A stretch of DNA of 64,000 nucleotides from Massalongia carnosa (Eukaryota). Under the pieces are notes generated by a model. It had not been told where the DNA came from, did not search any database, and saw only the letters and a program-made list of their open reading frames with translations. How positions within the stretch are numbered: position 1 is the stretch's first letter; every line of letters starts with the position of its first letter. Below, in pieces: positions 25,381 to 37,377 of the stretch. The position numbers were made by a program, and so were the translations under genes. Where the stretch lies: the NCBI GenBank assembly GCA_965645245.1, contig OZ287075.1, positions 1,302,001 to 1,366,000 on the forward strand, given 5' to 3'.

Positions 25381-26554
25381 ATGTCAACTTCACTGGACCA
25401 ACTGAAAGCTACCGGTACCACGGTTGTTTGTGACTCCGGTGACTTCGAGACCATCGGGAAATACAAGGCTCAAGATGCTACAACAAATCCCTCCTTGATT
25501 TTGGCTGCGTCGAAGAAAGAAGGGTATGCTAAACTGGTTGATATCGCCGTTGATTATGGCAAGAAGAACGTCAGTGATGCTGTACCTATAACGAGAATTT
25601 TTCGAATACTACGCCCGATGTCATTGACGATTGGATAAGCTGATTGGTTGATAGGGTAAAGATATAGATGACAAGGTTGATTCAGCACTCGATCGATTAC
25701 TTGTGGAATTTGGAAAGGAGATCCTGAAGATTGTGCCTGGAAAGGTGTCTACCGAAGTAGATGCTCGCTTCTCTTTCGACACGAAAGCCTCAATCCAGAA
25801 GGCAACACACATCATCGACGTAAGCAAACTGTCTTGTGAAGCCAAAAGTGCATAAATAATAAAAGGCAACAGCTTTATAAACAACTTGGCATTGGCAAAG
25901 AGCGAATCCTGATCAAGCTTGCGTCAACATGGGAAGGAATCAAAGCCGCTCAGATCTTACAGAAAGATTACAACATTAACTGCAACTTGACACTCATGTT
26001 CTCTCTCCCTCAAGCTATTGCCGCCGCTGAGGCCGGCGCGTTCCTTATTTCGCCTTTTGTTGGCCGTATCCTAGACTGGTACAAGGCCTCAACGAAAAAG
26101 GATTATAGCCCCGAGGAAGATCCTGGGGTCAAGAGTGTGCAGGCCATCTTCAATTATTACAAGAAGCATGGTTATAAAACCATTGTAATGGGGGCAAGTT
26201 TCCGAAATGTAGGGGAAATTACAGAGCTCGCGGGCTGCGACTACTTGACAATCTCGGTTTGTTCAGCCATTTCTCATTGTCCAAACCAGCGCATTATCTA
26301 ACTATCCCCATTTCTAGCCCAATCTCCTCGAGGATCTCTTCAACTCGACCGAAAAAGTAGAACAGAAGCTTGACTCCAAAAACGCTTCAAACCTCGACAT
26401 TCCCAAGAAATCCTACATCAACGACGAGTCACTGTTCCGGTTTGAATTCAACGAAGAGACCATGGCGGTGGAAAAGTTACGGGAAGGCATTTCGAAGTTC
26501 GCTGCTGATGCGGAGACTTTGAAGGGTATTCTCCGTAAAAAGATTGAGGCTTGA
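25381..26554 (+). CDS. TAL1: Transaldolase (4 exons)
   Basis: [60 protein letters not shown] (catalytic Lys), [32 protein letters not shown]. Confidence 0.97.
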
Positions 26555-26910
26555 TCGTTTGATATTAATGATAGTGCATGTATTAATGATATTCTTTGTG
26601 CTACAGATTGACAAAAACAAGCCAGGTAGCTCCAAGTAGATGTTGATCAGCACTCCCGTGTTATCACTGTTACCTTATTCCCATGCGTCTCGATATCAAA
26701 CCGACGACTCAACATCTATATAATCAGAAATCTATTTATATTCGGCAAACCTTCCCCAATTCTTAGCGCCGTCTTATCTGTTGCTAAATATGTCCGAGTT
26801 CAAGTATCCAAACGAGAAGTCGTGTAGTAGAGACCATCAGCTCGTTTGAAAGGGCCTCCAACCTATATCGTGCCCTCTCAGCCCTAGAAGCTTCCTCGCA
26901 AGCTCCGTCT

Positions 26911-27856
26911 ATGGATTCATCCCTTGCAGGCCGAACTGCAATCGTCACCGGCGCGGGCTCAGGTACGGATACATAAAGCTTGATACATTACCCCTTGCTT
27001 GCCCCTCGTCTAGTTAAAGTTGAATTTCGCAGGCATAAACCTTGCCTTTGCACGCGCGCTCCTGGCGAAGAGCTGCAATGTCGTCTTCGCAGACTTCAAG
27101 CTACGAAGGGAGTTGGTTGAGCATCATTTTCACCCCTCCACCCTAAGCTCCTCCATAAACTCCTACCCCACCGCAAGAGCCGTGTTCCAAGAAACAGATG
27201 TAAGAGATTGGCGGCAGCTAGAGCGTCTGTTTGAGGTAGCAACCAAGGAGTTGGAGGTGCAGATATTGTTTGTCCGGGTGCTGGAATTTATGAACCAGCG
27301 CGTATCCTTCAACTCTAGCTTTGAGGCTTCCTCTTCGTTAGAACTAAATTTCCGTCTCCCCTATTGTTCTAACACGTACACAAACAAAACTAACTTGTCA
27401 CCTTCCAGCCATTTCCCAATTTCTGGCTCCCGCCCGGCCAGCCGCCTTCAACTGACACCCCCTCTACATATGCAACCATTGACATAAACCTCACCCACCC
27501 AATCCGTACCACCCAACTGGCCCTTTCGCACTTCCTCTCCACCCTTCTAAAGTCAATAATCCACATCTCCTCCATGGCAGGCCAAGCGATTATCGTCGCT
27601 AACCCGATTTACAACGCCACTAAACATGCCATAAACGGCTTCGTGCGTAGCCTCGCGCCCCTCGAGGAGCGGCTGGGCGTGCGCGTTATGGCGGTCGCGC
27701 CGGGCGTGATCAAGACGCCGTTGTGGACGGATAACCCGGAGAAGTTGAAGATGATCGGGAAGGCGGTTATCTAGGTAACGGCGGAGGAGGTAGCAGAGTT
27801 GATGGTTAGATTGGTGGAAAGGGGGGAGATAGTGGTTTTGAGGGGCAATGAAACAG
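26911..27856 (+). pseudogene. Short-chain dehydrogenase/reductase, 5' part, interrupted by the composite MULE
   Basis: MDSSLAGRTAIVTGAGSG|INLAFA, GGADIVCPGAGIYEP (after a 1-bp frameshift near 27250), IIHISS, YNATKH (YxxxK), VAPGVIKTPLW; TAG at 27772-27774 where Trp is expected. Confidence 0.9.
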
Positions 27857-29733
27857 CGAGATGCTTAGGGACAGTCCCCCCGACCGTCCCCCCCCTGTGT
27901 AAATCTTTACTAGTAACAGTTACACTACGTATTAATAATGTTGACTAAGTGTATTCAACATCTACAAAGCTACCTATTGCTATGAGTTCAACTCCAAAAA
28001 CTCGTCAGCCAATTGCGATAAATCATCTTTTCTAGGCTTCATGGTTTTAGCCACTTTTCTCATCGCCGTTTTCTTTCTCGCTTGAGCCCTAGCCTGTTTG
28101 ACTGATTTCTCGACTCTTTGCTGAGATTCCAACTCCAACTGAGCCTTTGATTTCTACGCCACACCCCGAGACCTTCCCGTTGTTGCAGAGGAAGTAGGGA
28201 GAATTTGACTGGCGCGCACGTTTTGGCTAAGACTATAAAGAGATGGAGGCGGCGCTGCCTGAGGTAGGGCTTTTTGACTATGCTTGGCAAGCACATCGTT
28301 AATATCTTCGAGCGCATCCGACGAGGCTTCTGATGTAAGAATAACATCATTGTCGTCATTCGAAGGAAGCATAAGACCCATAGAACGACCGAGAATGGGC
28401 TGAGTGCTTATACTCTGCACCTCGTCATCGTCTTCGGAGACGATAGACGCGTTTTCGATTCTCTCCATAACTAAGTTTTCTCCTAAACCTATTGTACCCA
28501 ATATTAGCCGACCCGAGCGCAATAACTTTGCAACATCGTGAGTTTTACCTTCTGTTTCACCTTCAACCTCATCGTCGCCCCCAGCACGCAATCTATTATA
28601 TCTAAGCCTCCTCCCTTGTTCAATAGAGTCCCTTCGCCTAGTACGTCGCTGTTCAGTTTCTCTGGCCTCAGCTGCCTCGCGACCAGTGTAGGCACGTCGA
28701 CGACTCCCTCGTTTCTTATACATGAGGTTTTCTTTGGGCCGAATTTCGTCGGGGAATGTGATGGGGATGAGAGGTCTTATCAGCTCCTTCTTTTGCCATT
28801 TCTTATTGAACTTTTCAACGATGTGAGGATGCTCGCGAGCGTACTCCTCCCTTCGATGAGAATCTTCTATTGATTGATGCAGGTCAATAGATTGATATGC
28901 CACAGAATGTAGCAAATCAAGGCGCCCGCGGCGAAATCTATCCTCACTCAACACGCCTTCTTCGAGCTCGAGCTCATCCTTACATATTCGCCTCAATCTC
29001 TCTCGTCCCTTCGACCTCATCGACGATCTTTTCGACCTCGGGCTCCGAGCCGCGAGATCGAAGGTCATTTGTCAAGAGACCGCATAAGGTTGGCCATCAA
29101 AAAACCAGCGGGGGTGGGTGAGGGAAACGGGAATAGGGATCGAGTCGATGATGCATTATACAATCAGCATTTGCATGGGAGACCGTACCTTAAAGGCAAT
29201 TCACAATCATAAACACAGCTTTCATCATCAGGGACAATTGAAAGGATTCGTTCAGCTAATGCTTTGGCGGCATCGAGTGCTCTTGGAACGAGGCCAATGG
29301 CATGATGCGTAATTTTCCCAATGAGTAGCGTAAAAGCATTTTTATCTATCAATTTAGGATTGCGTATTCGCTGTTGATTGCACAAAATCTCCTGATCTAA
29401 TTGTTTTTTCCGCACCTCATCACATATTTTCTGCACCGATTGTCTTATAGAAGTGTTTCTATTGATCACATTTTTAATCAATGAATGCAGACCTTCTGAA
29501 CGCTGTGTGTTGTGTGCGCCTAAATTAGGGAGTTTAGTAGTATATGCATGCACGAATTGAATTTCTTGATGTTGATATAGAAATTCATGAGATAATCCTG
29601 CGAAAGAGATAGCGTTAGCCGAGTAGGATAATTATAAGTAGCAATAACACGTCATACGATTTAAACCGAAAAGAGTTTAATGTGCTGTTGACAGTTGCAT
29701 TACTAGCTTGTACGCACCCTAGATGAGCAGTTG

Positions 29734-30252
29734 TATTGGAATTTGCCGAGATACCTGAATATTTGCGACCGAGGTTCTTTTGCCTCCTGCTTACTAATTT
29801 CCAGATTAGGCAATCATATGCTATATGCGAAAAGCTTCAGATATCGGCACGACTTCGGCAACTACGAGGAGGCAAAGGTATGCAGCAAGAATGCTACATT
29901 TCGGAGGCAATTCAGCTGTTCATGATCACTGAGTGTCTCGGTGTCTCCGGTCAGCAGTGAGGTGTATTTTGCCCAGCTGAAAAGGTTTAAAGGAAGCAGG
30001 TTCATGCATTTGATATAGGCCGAGATGGAGGCCCTCAAGCAGTATAAAGAGACGGTGATTCCTCATGTAATTTAGCTATTCAGTCGTTCAGAATTCAGCT
30101 CAGCAGATAGCTAAATTTGAAGTATCTTCACTGGAAATACGGAGTACCTGCATCACGTTTGCCAAGCACTTCTCTTTGCCTATCCTTGATAGCCCTAGAC
30201 CCTCTTCTCCTGCATCCCGCTGCCGTATGCCTGGTTGATTTTTTGTTCAACA
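29734..30252 (+). repeat. Copia 5' LTR
   Basis: TATTGG...TCAACA; matches 34638-35156 with one difference seen by eye. Confidence 0.95.
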
Positions 30253-30397
30253 GGTTATGAGCCCGGATAGCACTCTATTCAAATCCAGGAGTATTTATCA
30301 CTAGATCTTTTATCTTAGGGGATATAGCCCGTGTGCTTGTTTGAACTCCTAGCTATCCATTTCGGCACTCGAATAGGACGACTCCTTCACCACCAAA

Positions 30398-33300
30398 ATG
30401 TCTGCCTCAGAAGACAGCCAAGATACCGGAGGTGCCATGAGGGCATCCACCACCCCCGAGGCTAGCAAGGCCTCCTCATCAAAGGACAAGGGCCTAGCGG
30501 CTATGATAGCCATTGATGGGGGATATAAAAGGGGTGCCGGTGTGAAAGGTGAAGTAAAACTGCCAAAACTTACTAGCGACAACTACAGGCTGTGGTCCCA
30601 CCTTTTGAAGGTGCACTTAATTGCCAAAGGGCTCTGGAAAGTAGTCAGTGGAGAGATACTCGAACCACCAGGAAGCATGCCTTTGGATAGAGACTCGTGG
30701 ATCTTTGATGATGCCACAGCAATCACCATCCTCATGGGAGCCATGGACGAAAGGCAGCAGAAGCATGTGCAACTGCAGCAATCTGCCAAAGGGGTATGGG
30801 ATGCCCAAAAGGAAATTCACGGCAAAGACTCCAGGACACGCTTGGTCCCCATGCTCCGCCGATTTCATACGTATAAGGCCAAGGCAGAGGAAGGAGTGGA
30901 TGAGACTGCAGCAGAGCTAGAAGATATGAGAGATATCATCGCAAACATCAACCCAGAGGTGAAGCCATCCGATATCATGATGGCCCTAGTCCTAATGGAT
31001 TCGGTGGATCACGAGCGGTTTAATGCGGTGAAATTGCAATTAAACGACTTGGAAAACCTCACGTTTCGGAAGGTGATTGAAAAATATAAGGAAATCGAGC
31101 AGATGGCCAGAGATAACGCGGGGACCCCCTATGAAATCGCTAATAAGGTCTCCGCCAAGCCCTATAAGTTTAAGGGGAAATGTTACCACTGCAAGAAACC
31201 TGGTCACGTGAAAACCAAGTGTTTTGAATGGCTTGCCAGTGACGAAGGCAAGGCCTACAATGAAGATACCGCCAGCACGGCCCAATCAAAGGGCAAGAAA
31301 GCCAAGGACGGAGGTAAGGGAGAGGAAAAGTTAAGGGATGGCAGACGTGGCAAGGGCCGAGGAGGTCACCTTGCACGCAAAGCATCCGGCACAAGGGACA
31401 GCGACAGTGAGGATAGCGACGACGAGTCAGTGTACGGTCGCATGGCCATTGACCACGTGGACCAGAGCGACCATGAGGATTACACCGACTACGTCAACAA
31501 TGGGGCGCGCTATCGCACTTCCCAGAAGTGCTCCTCCCCTAAGAGTTTTGCTAGAGTGGCAAAACTCACTTCCAAAGTAATACCCCCGAATGAGTGGATT
31601 ATTGACTCAGGGGCCAGTCGCCATATGACGGCCAATCGGAAGCTATTCACAAACTTTACACTGCAGGTAAGTTGGGTGACGATAGCTAATGGGGTAAAGA
31701 TTAAATCACCTGGTAAAGGTGATGTGGCTGTGGAGCTGGAGGATAAGAAGTTCAAACTCACAGAAGTGTTATACGTACCTGAGCTGGATGCGAATTTGTT
31801 GTCAATTTCGGCATTACAAGCTAGAGGAATGATTGTGAGGTTTGGATTGAGTTGCGTCGAAATTTTGAGGAGAGGTACCTGCCTCGCCACCGGGTTTTTG
31901 GTGGGAAAAACGTACCTGCTCCGATCCGCAGGAAGCGGAGTGGCCCTGATAGCCACTGAGGATCCCGAGGAAGAAATCCCTATTACTTCTGATCCAAATA
32001 TCAGCGAAAGATCGTCCGGAAATCAGAATTTGCCAAGAATGCCAGAAAATGCAAAAGACAACAAAAAAGCAATTAGCACTCGGTCCCAATTAGAAGGAGA
32101 CCGATACCTACTATGGCATGGCCGCATGGGGCACGTGGGAGCATACAGACTCACTGTCCTCCATGAAGCCACTAATGGAGTGGGAGCCAAGTTACATGAC
32201 CATGAGAAGGAATGCAAATGCATCACATGTACTCAGACGAAAATGACTCGAATAATCAACCGAAACCCACCAGAACGGGCTACCCGCCGTCTGGAACGAG
32301 TCTATTCAGACTTTTGGGGTCCATATCGGGTGCCCAATAACCAGGGGACCAAGTATTTTGTGTCCTTTACCGACGAAGCCACCGGCTACTCGGATGTTTA
32401 CCTCGGGGCCAGGAGCGAGCTAGAAAAGCTCTTTCGGATGTTCAAAAATCGTGCCGAGATCGAGACAGGGGAGCGAATCAGGACCTTGCGATGTGATAAC
32501 GCTTTGGAGTATGAAAAACTGGCTAGAACGATATTGCCGGAAGGAATAGTGGTGGAGTTTACCACGGCCTATACCCCTGAGCAGAATGGGGTTGCAGAAA
32601 GACTCAATAGAACGCTGATGCAGATGGTATCAGCGATGCAGATGTGGTCTGGGTTGCCTAGGTCATTTTGGGGGGACGCAGTACTGACTGCCAATTATCT
32701 GAAGAATCGGCTTCCGTCGAAGCGGTTTGATATGAAGACCCCATATGAGATGTGGCACCAGAAGAAGCCAGAGGTAGGCCATATAAGGACCTATGGATGC
32801 CTCGTACACGTGCACGTTCCTAGCGAAACTCGTGCGAAGATGGATAAGGTATCCCATCAGGGAATTCTCGTTGGATTCCGGTCATCAAGACAGTATAAGG
32901 TGCATAATCCTGATACGAAAACAGTGGGAGTACATACCTCAGTGAAGTTTTTCGAGGATTGGCCAGGAGGCCCTTTACTGAACGCACCAGTGGAACCGGG
33001 TGAGTGGGAGTTAGATGTTGCAGATTCGGACTACGAACTGGATGAGGAACAAGGAGTTCCTACGCACAAACTTACCAACCCTGAGACAGCCTTAGAGTTT
33101 CAGGGAACATCAAACCTAGAAAATGACGACGCAATAGTTCTAGGCGATAATGTTCCCGGAGAAAGTATTGAGGGTGCAGAGAATCCCTCACTGAATGAAG
33201 GCGATATTCCCGGAAATCGCGAAACTCCGGGAAATCAAGAAGAAGGAAACGAGACCTCGGAAACTGAAATCCGAGCGCCAGAATTCGAAGGTCTGCCGAC

Positions 33301-34327
33301 TACTGGGCGAAATTCGCCAGAGCCAGCACAGAATTCAAAAAGGGGGCAGAAAGCCACGCTCCCACCGAAAAATCAACAGCTTGTTTCCGCAGCATCTTCC
33401 CGGTCAAGACGCACGAAAAAGCCGTATGACTCCAAGGCATTTGATAAGTCAAAAGCACCAATGGCTATCGTTTATATAGCTCGATTGCCTGAACCGGCTA
33501 CCTATAAGGAAGCCATGACTGGACCAAATCGCCGTGAATGGAGGGGGGCAACGGAAGAAGAGCTGGAAGCGCTGCGGTGGAAACGCACGTTTATTATCGT
33601 GCCGAGGCCGAAAAACCGTGAGCTAATAACTTCGAAATGGGTGTTCAAAATCAAATACACATCCGCCGCAGTTATTGAGCGGTTCAAGGCCAGACTTTGT
33701 GCTAGAGGTTTCAATCAGAAATATGGCATTGATTACGAAGAGACATTTGCACCCACCTTGAGGTTCGAATCTCTGAGAATGTTAATGGCAATTACTGCGT
33801 TACTGAACCTGGAAGCACATCAAATGGACGTTTCAAATGCCTATTTAGAAGGTGAGTTGGAAGAAGAAATCTACATGGAAATACCAGAGGGAATGGATGT
33901 TCCGAACGAAAAGAATAAGGCCCTTCTACTGCAAAAAGGCCTTTATGGTCTCAAGCAATCCGGCCGAATCTGGAGCAGAAAGTTCAGAAGGTATCTGAGA
34001 TCCATTGGATTCGAACCAATCTCAGCCGACAATTGTGTGTTCATAAACCTCCAAGCCGGCGTCATTATCTCAGTATACGTCGATGATCTTCTCATTTTTA
34101 CCGCCAAAATATCCCGCATCAATGCAGTCAAGGCACAGCTAAAACGGGAGTCTAAGATGAAGGATTTGGGAGAGGTGGACCACATCTTGGGAATGCGAGT
34201 GCGGAGAAACCGAAAATCTAGAAATCTAACACTAGATCAGTCAGTATACATCAACAACTTCAATTCGAAATATGGGATGGAAAATGCACACCCAGTTTCA
34301 ACTCGATTGATGGATATGCAGCACTGA
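30398..34327 (+). CDS. Copia gag-pol polyprotein (gag, Zn knuckle, protease, integrase, RT), C-terminally broken
   Basis: CYHCKKPGHVKTKC, WIIDSGAS, WHGRMGH..CITC, YSDFWGP/CDNALEY/EQNGVAER, KARLCARGF, YVDDLL; frameshift near 34305, then only the RNase H tail (IAADILTKPL...*, ends 34483). Confidence 0.92.
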   Translation: MSASEDSQDTGGAMRASTTPEASKASSSKDKGLAAMIAIDGGYKRGAGVKGEVKLPKLTSDNYRLWSHLLKVHLIAKGLWKVVSGEILEPPGSMPLDRDSWIFDDATAITILMGAMDERQQKHVQLQQSAKGVWDAQKEIHGKDSRTRLVPMLRRFHTYKAKAEEGVDETAAELEDMRDIIANINPEVKPSDIMMALVLMDSVDHERFNAVKLQLNDLENLTFRKVIEKYKEIEQMARDNAGTPYEIANKVSAKPYKFKGKCYHCKKPGHVKTKCFEWLASDEGKAYNEDTASTAQSKGKKAKDGGKGEEKLRDGRRGKGRGGHLARKASGTRDSDSEDSDDESVYGRMAIDHVDQSDHEDYTDYVNNGARYRTSQKCSSPKSFARVAKLTSKVIPPNEWIIDSGASRHMTANRKLFTNFTLQVSWVTIANGVKIKSPGKGDVAVELEDKKFKLTEVLYVPELDANLLSISALQARGMIVRFGLSCVEILRRGTCLATGFLVGKTYLLRSAGSGVALIATEDPEEEIPITSDPNISERSSGNQNLPRMPENAKDNKKAISTRSQLEGDRYLLWHGRMGHVGAYRLTVLHEATNGVGAKLHDHEKECKCITCTQTKMTRIINRNPPERATRRLERVYSDFWGPYRVPNNQGTKYFVSFTDEATGYSDVYLGARSELEKLFRMFKNRAEIETGERIRTLRCDNALEYEKLARTILPEGIVVEFTTAYTPEQNGVAERLNRTLMQMVSAMQMWSGLPRSFWGDAVLTANYLKNRLPSKRFDMKTPYEMWHQKKPEVGHIRTYGCLVHVHVPSETRAKMDKVSHQGILVGFRSSRQYKVHNPDTKTVGVHTSVKFFEDWPGGPLLNAPVEPGEWELDVADSDYELDEEQGVPTHKLTNPETALEFQGTSNLENDDAIVLGDNVPGESIEGAENPSLNEGDIPGNRETPGNQEEGNETSETEIRAPEFEGLPTTGRNSPEPAQNSKRGQKATLPPKNQQLVSAASSRSRRTKKPYDSKAFDKSKAPMAIVYIARLPEPATYKEAMTGPNRREWRGATEEELEALRWKRTFIIVPRPKNRELITSKWVFKIKYTSAAVIERFKARLCARGFNQKYGIDYEETFAPTLRFESLRMLMAITALLNLEAHQMDVSNAYLEGELEEEIYMEIPEGMDVPNEKNKALLLQKGLYGLKQSGRIWSRKFRRYLRSIGFEPISADNCVFINLQAGVIISVYVDDLLIFTAKISRINAVKAQLKRESKMKDLGEVDHILGMRVRRNRKSRNLTLDQSVYINNFNSKYGMENAHPVSTRLMDMQH

Positions 34328-34637
34328 CTGCCGCCACCCCCACGGAACCCAGGACCGACCAACTGGAGTATCAGAAAAAGCTATGATCCCACCAACGAGA
34401 TAGCAGCTGATATTCTGACAAAGCCTTTGACCAAGGCGGCTTTTGAACGCGGACGTGCTCTACTAGGTATGAAGGAGACCTAGAGAGTTAGCGATAGTTT
34501 ATCGCAACCACATCGGCCCACGAGGGCCCATGGCCTACCTGAGCATCGTGTTCAGATGGGCAGAACGCGGAGGATTTCTTTTAATTCGTTTTCGGGCATG
34601 CGAGGGTATGAAGCCATTCAGATACTCGGAGTGGGAG

Positions 34638-35156
34638 TATTGGAATTTGCCGAGATACCTGAATATTTGCGACCGAGGTTCTTTTGCCTCCTGCTTACTA
34701 ATTTCCAGATTAGGCAATCATATGCTATATGCGAAAAGCTTCAGATATCGGCACGACTTCGGCAACTACGAGGAGGCAAAGGTATGCAGCAAGAATGCTA
34801 CATTTCGGAGGCAATTCAGCTGTTCATGATCACTGAGTGTCTCGGTGTCTCCGGTCAGCAGTGAGGTGTATTTTGCCCAGCTGAAAAGGTTCAAAGGAAG
34901 CAGGTTCATGCATTTGATATAGGCCGAGATGGAGGCCCTCAAGCAGTATAAAGAGACGGTGATTCCTCATGTAATTTAGCTATTCAGTCGTTCAGAATTC
35001 AGCTCAGCAGATAGCTAAATTTGAAGTATCTTCACTGGAAATACGGAGTACCTGCATCACGTTTGCCAAGCACTTCTCTTTGCCTATCCTTGATAGCCCT
35101 AGACCCTCTTCTCCTGCATCCCGCTGCCGTATGCCTGGTTGATTTTTTGTTCAACA
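34638..35156 (+). repeat. Copia 3' LTR
   Basis: Direct repeat of 29734-30252, followed by the TSD AGTTG. Confidence 0.95.
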
Positions 35157-35590
35157 AGTTGAATGGCTGTTTACTAGCTAAGATTTACACAGGGGACGGG
35201 ACTGTCCCTAAGCATCTCGCACTGGGAATGGCCTCACGGAGGCGAAAAAGGAGGATATTACATTATCAGGCTATGCGGCGACAAATTCCCATCAGCCATC
35301 TACGGCGTATCCAAACGCAGCCTAAATTCTTGATTGCAAGCTAACTTAAAGTAAAAGGCACCATCACGCGAAAAAAAAAAACTCTGTCTCACCCGGATCC
35401 TCGCTTAGAGACTGTCAACCTACATCCTGGTTGAACCGTCACATGTCATGTATCTTTATACGCGTACTAAATCTTGATGTATTAACCGCTACGGGCATAA
35501 CATACCTGTTGCTTAGAATACGGGCACGCTGGGCCAAAAAAAGTTTCACATCAAACCTGTGACGGTTCTACCAGGATGTGGAATTGACTA

Positions 35591-36564
35591 CCGAATTATT
35601 TGACAGATAAAACCCCCCTCCAGTCTAAGACCCCCCCTGACCATAAAACCCTGTTCTGATTGACTGATTTCTGACCATGGGAGGGGTTGGCCCATAAAAC
35701 CAGGTCCTTTCGAATGAAAAGGAAAGATACATAAATTTATATGCAAACGTCATTAAAGCTTATGTATCCTTTCTCAGAAATCAATTGAATCGGGAATTTA
35801 ATCCTTCTCCTTATCCTTCAATTCATCATCACTTGCATGTTCTGTTATATGACCTTCGAATATACCTTCCATCACATATTCCATGTCTTCAGAAGCAATA
35901 TTTTCAGCCCCTACCGTCTCCTTCATTCCATTCACGTCTGAATGAGTTTTAAACCTCCATCCTTTTGCTGCTTCCAGGTGGTCTCTACATAACTAACAGC
36001 AGCTAATTTCTGCTCTCTGGTGTAGGAAATACGTCGTCGCACCTCATCCTCGTCATCGAAAGCATTGTTAATTAAATTGTGACCTTCCACCTCGCGATGA
36101 AGACGAAACTGTTCCACAATCTGAGTCTCCTGATCGCCAGAGAAAGAGGTCGGTACGATGGACATGGAAGGCTGAATATACACGTTCTTAGAAATTCGGC
36201 CTGATTTATACTGCGAAGACTTGAAGCCTTCACAGCAGGCCCAGGACGAGGCTGTTTTGAAGCCAGCATAAGATTCTGAGTATGAGGAGGAGCCATAACA
36301 ACAAGAAGAATATGAGTTGCTGATGAACTGAGTCAAAAACGTTTTTTTTCGAGACAAGAGTTCAAAAAATGCACGCAGTTCAGGAGGGTGCACGATGCAA
36401 ATTTAATGCGCGTTTTTCGTGTTTATAGGGGCTGACTAATGCTATCTCGCCCATAAAAATCCCCCTATATGATAGACCCTATAGCCCATAAAACCCTGTC
36501 CCAAATGACCTCCAGGCGATCAATTGACCCATAAGACCAGGTTTTTATCTGTCAAATAATTCGG
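35591..36564 (-). mobile_element. Non-autonomous pogo-like (Tc1/mariner superfamily) deletion derivative
   Basis: Perfect 22-bp TIRs CCGAATTATTTGACAGATAAAA flanked by TA on both sides; internal N-terminal HTH-like fragment (RRRISYTREQKLAAVSY) joined to an acidic tail; repeated CCCATAAAACC-like subterminal motifs. Confidence 0.88.
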
Positions 36565-37377
36565 TATCTACTGGGAAGCTATGCACTAGAAAATATCAAA
36601 GATGCAGAAAAGAAACAAGCAAAAAGGTGCCCTCTTTAGGAGTCTATATAGATAATCGCTTGGCCCGATCCAGCTGCTTGTGTCTCTATCAATAAGTGAT
36701 CAGTTTGGCCAAACAGTCTTTCTGTCCTTTGTCCCTTTCATCTATTTGTGCTTGCTTAGAAGGTCGTTCCGATGCGTCCCTTTTAGTCCTTTCAGACCTC
36801 CGTTGATGAGTTTCTGTAGGTGGAAATAAGGTTTAGCGTCCCGGAGCTTTCAGTGCTTATGTCCGTCCAATCCACCGCTAAAAGGGTTGAGTAACGGAAG
36901 TGGTTAGTGCGCCGGCAGATGCCGTACTTTCCTTTGATTGGCATTGGGTGGATGTGGTTGAATCGTGATAAAACTAAGCGAGACCGTCAAATGTCCAGAA
37001 ATGCAAAGGTTTTAGAGATTTTTCAAAAAATAACACTTCAATATTACTGCTTCAAAACCTATATACAAACTACTTGATATTAAAAGAACAATTCTATAAA
37101 ACTCGGTTTTACAATGTATAAATTTAGTAATTTAATTATCACAATTCTTTGATGTGGAACTTCTTTTGACTTCACGTGACGGGCTTTATTTAGGTGCATC
37201 TACGCAGCTGCGTACTAAGCGGCAAAGAAGCTTAGCGTTATATGATCCGACCCTTTCAATGAGATAATTCTGTAACCGTATTTGCACAAGGCTACATCCT
37301 CCTCGCACTGCTACTCTTCAGTTATACTCTATCTGACGACTATACTCCCACGTCAGGTGTTGAGGTATGTTGCAAAG

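Larger units (their letters stand above)
29734..35156 (+). mobile_element. Ty1/Copia LTR retrotransposon, young but RNase H-deleted
   Basis: 519-bp LTRs at 29734-30252 and 34638-35156; 5-bp TSD AGTTG (29729-29733, 35157-35161); PBS-type GGTTATGAGCCC directly after the 5' LTR; purine tract GGAGTGGGAG before the 3' LTR. Confidence 0.96.
27857..35219 (-). mobile_element. Left MULE copy: internally deleted, both TIRs present, Copia inserted in the inner terminal region
   Basis: 27974-29619 is an inverted near-copy of about 42110-43756 (transposase 3' half); second TIR ends ...GGGACTGTCCCTAAGCATCTCG at 35219. Confidence 0.88.
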
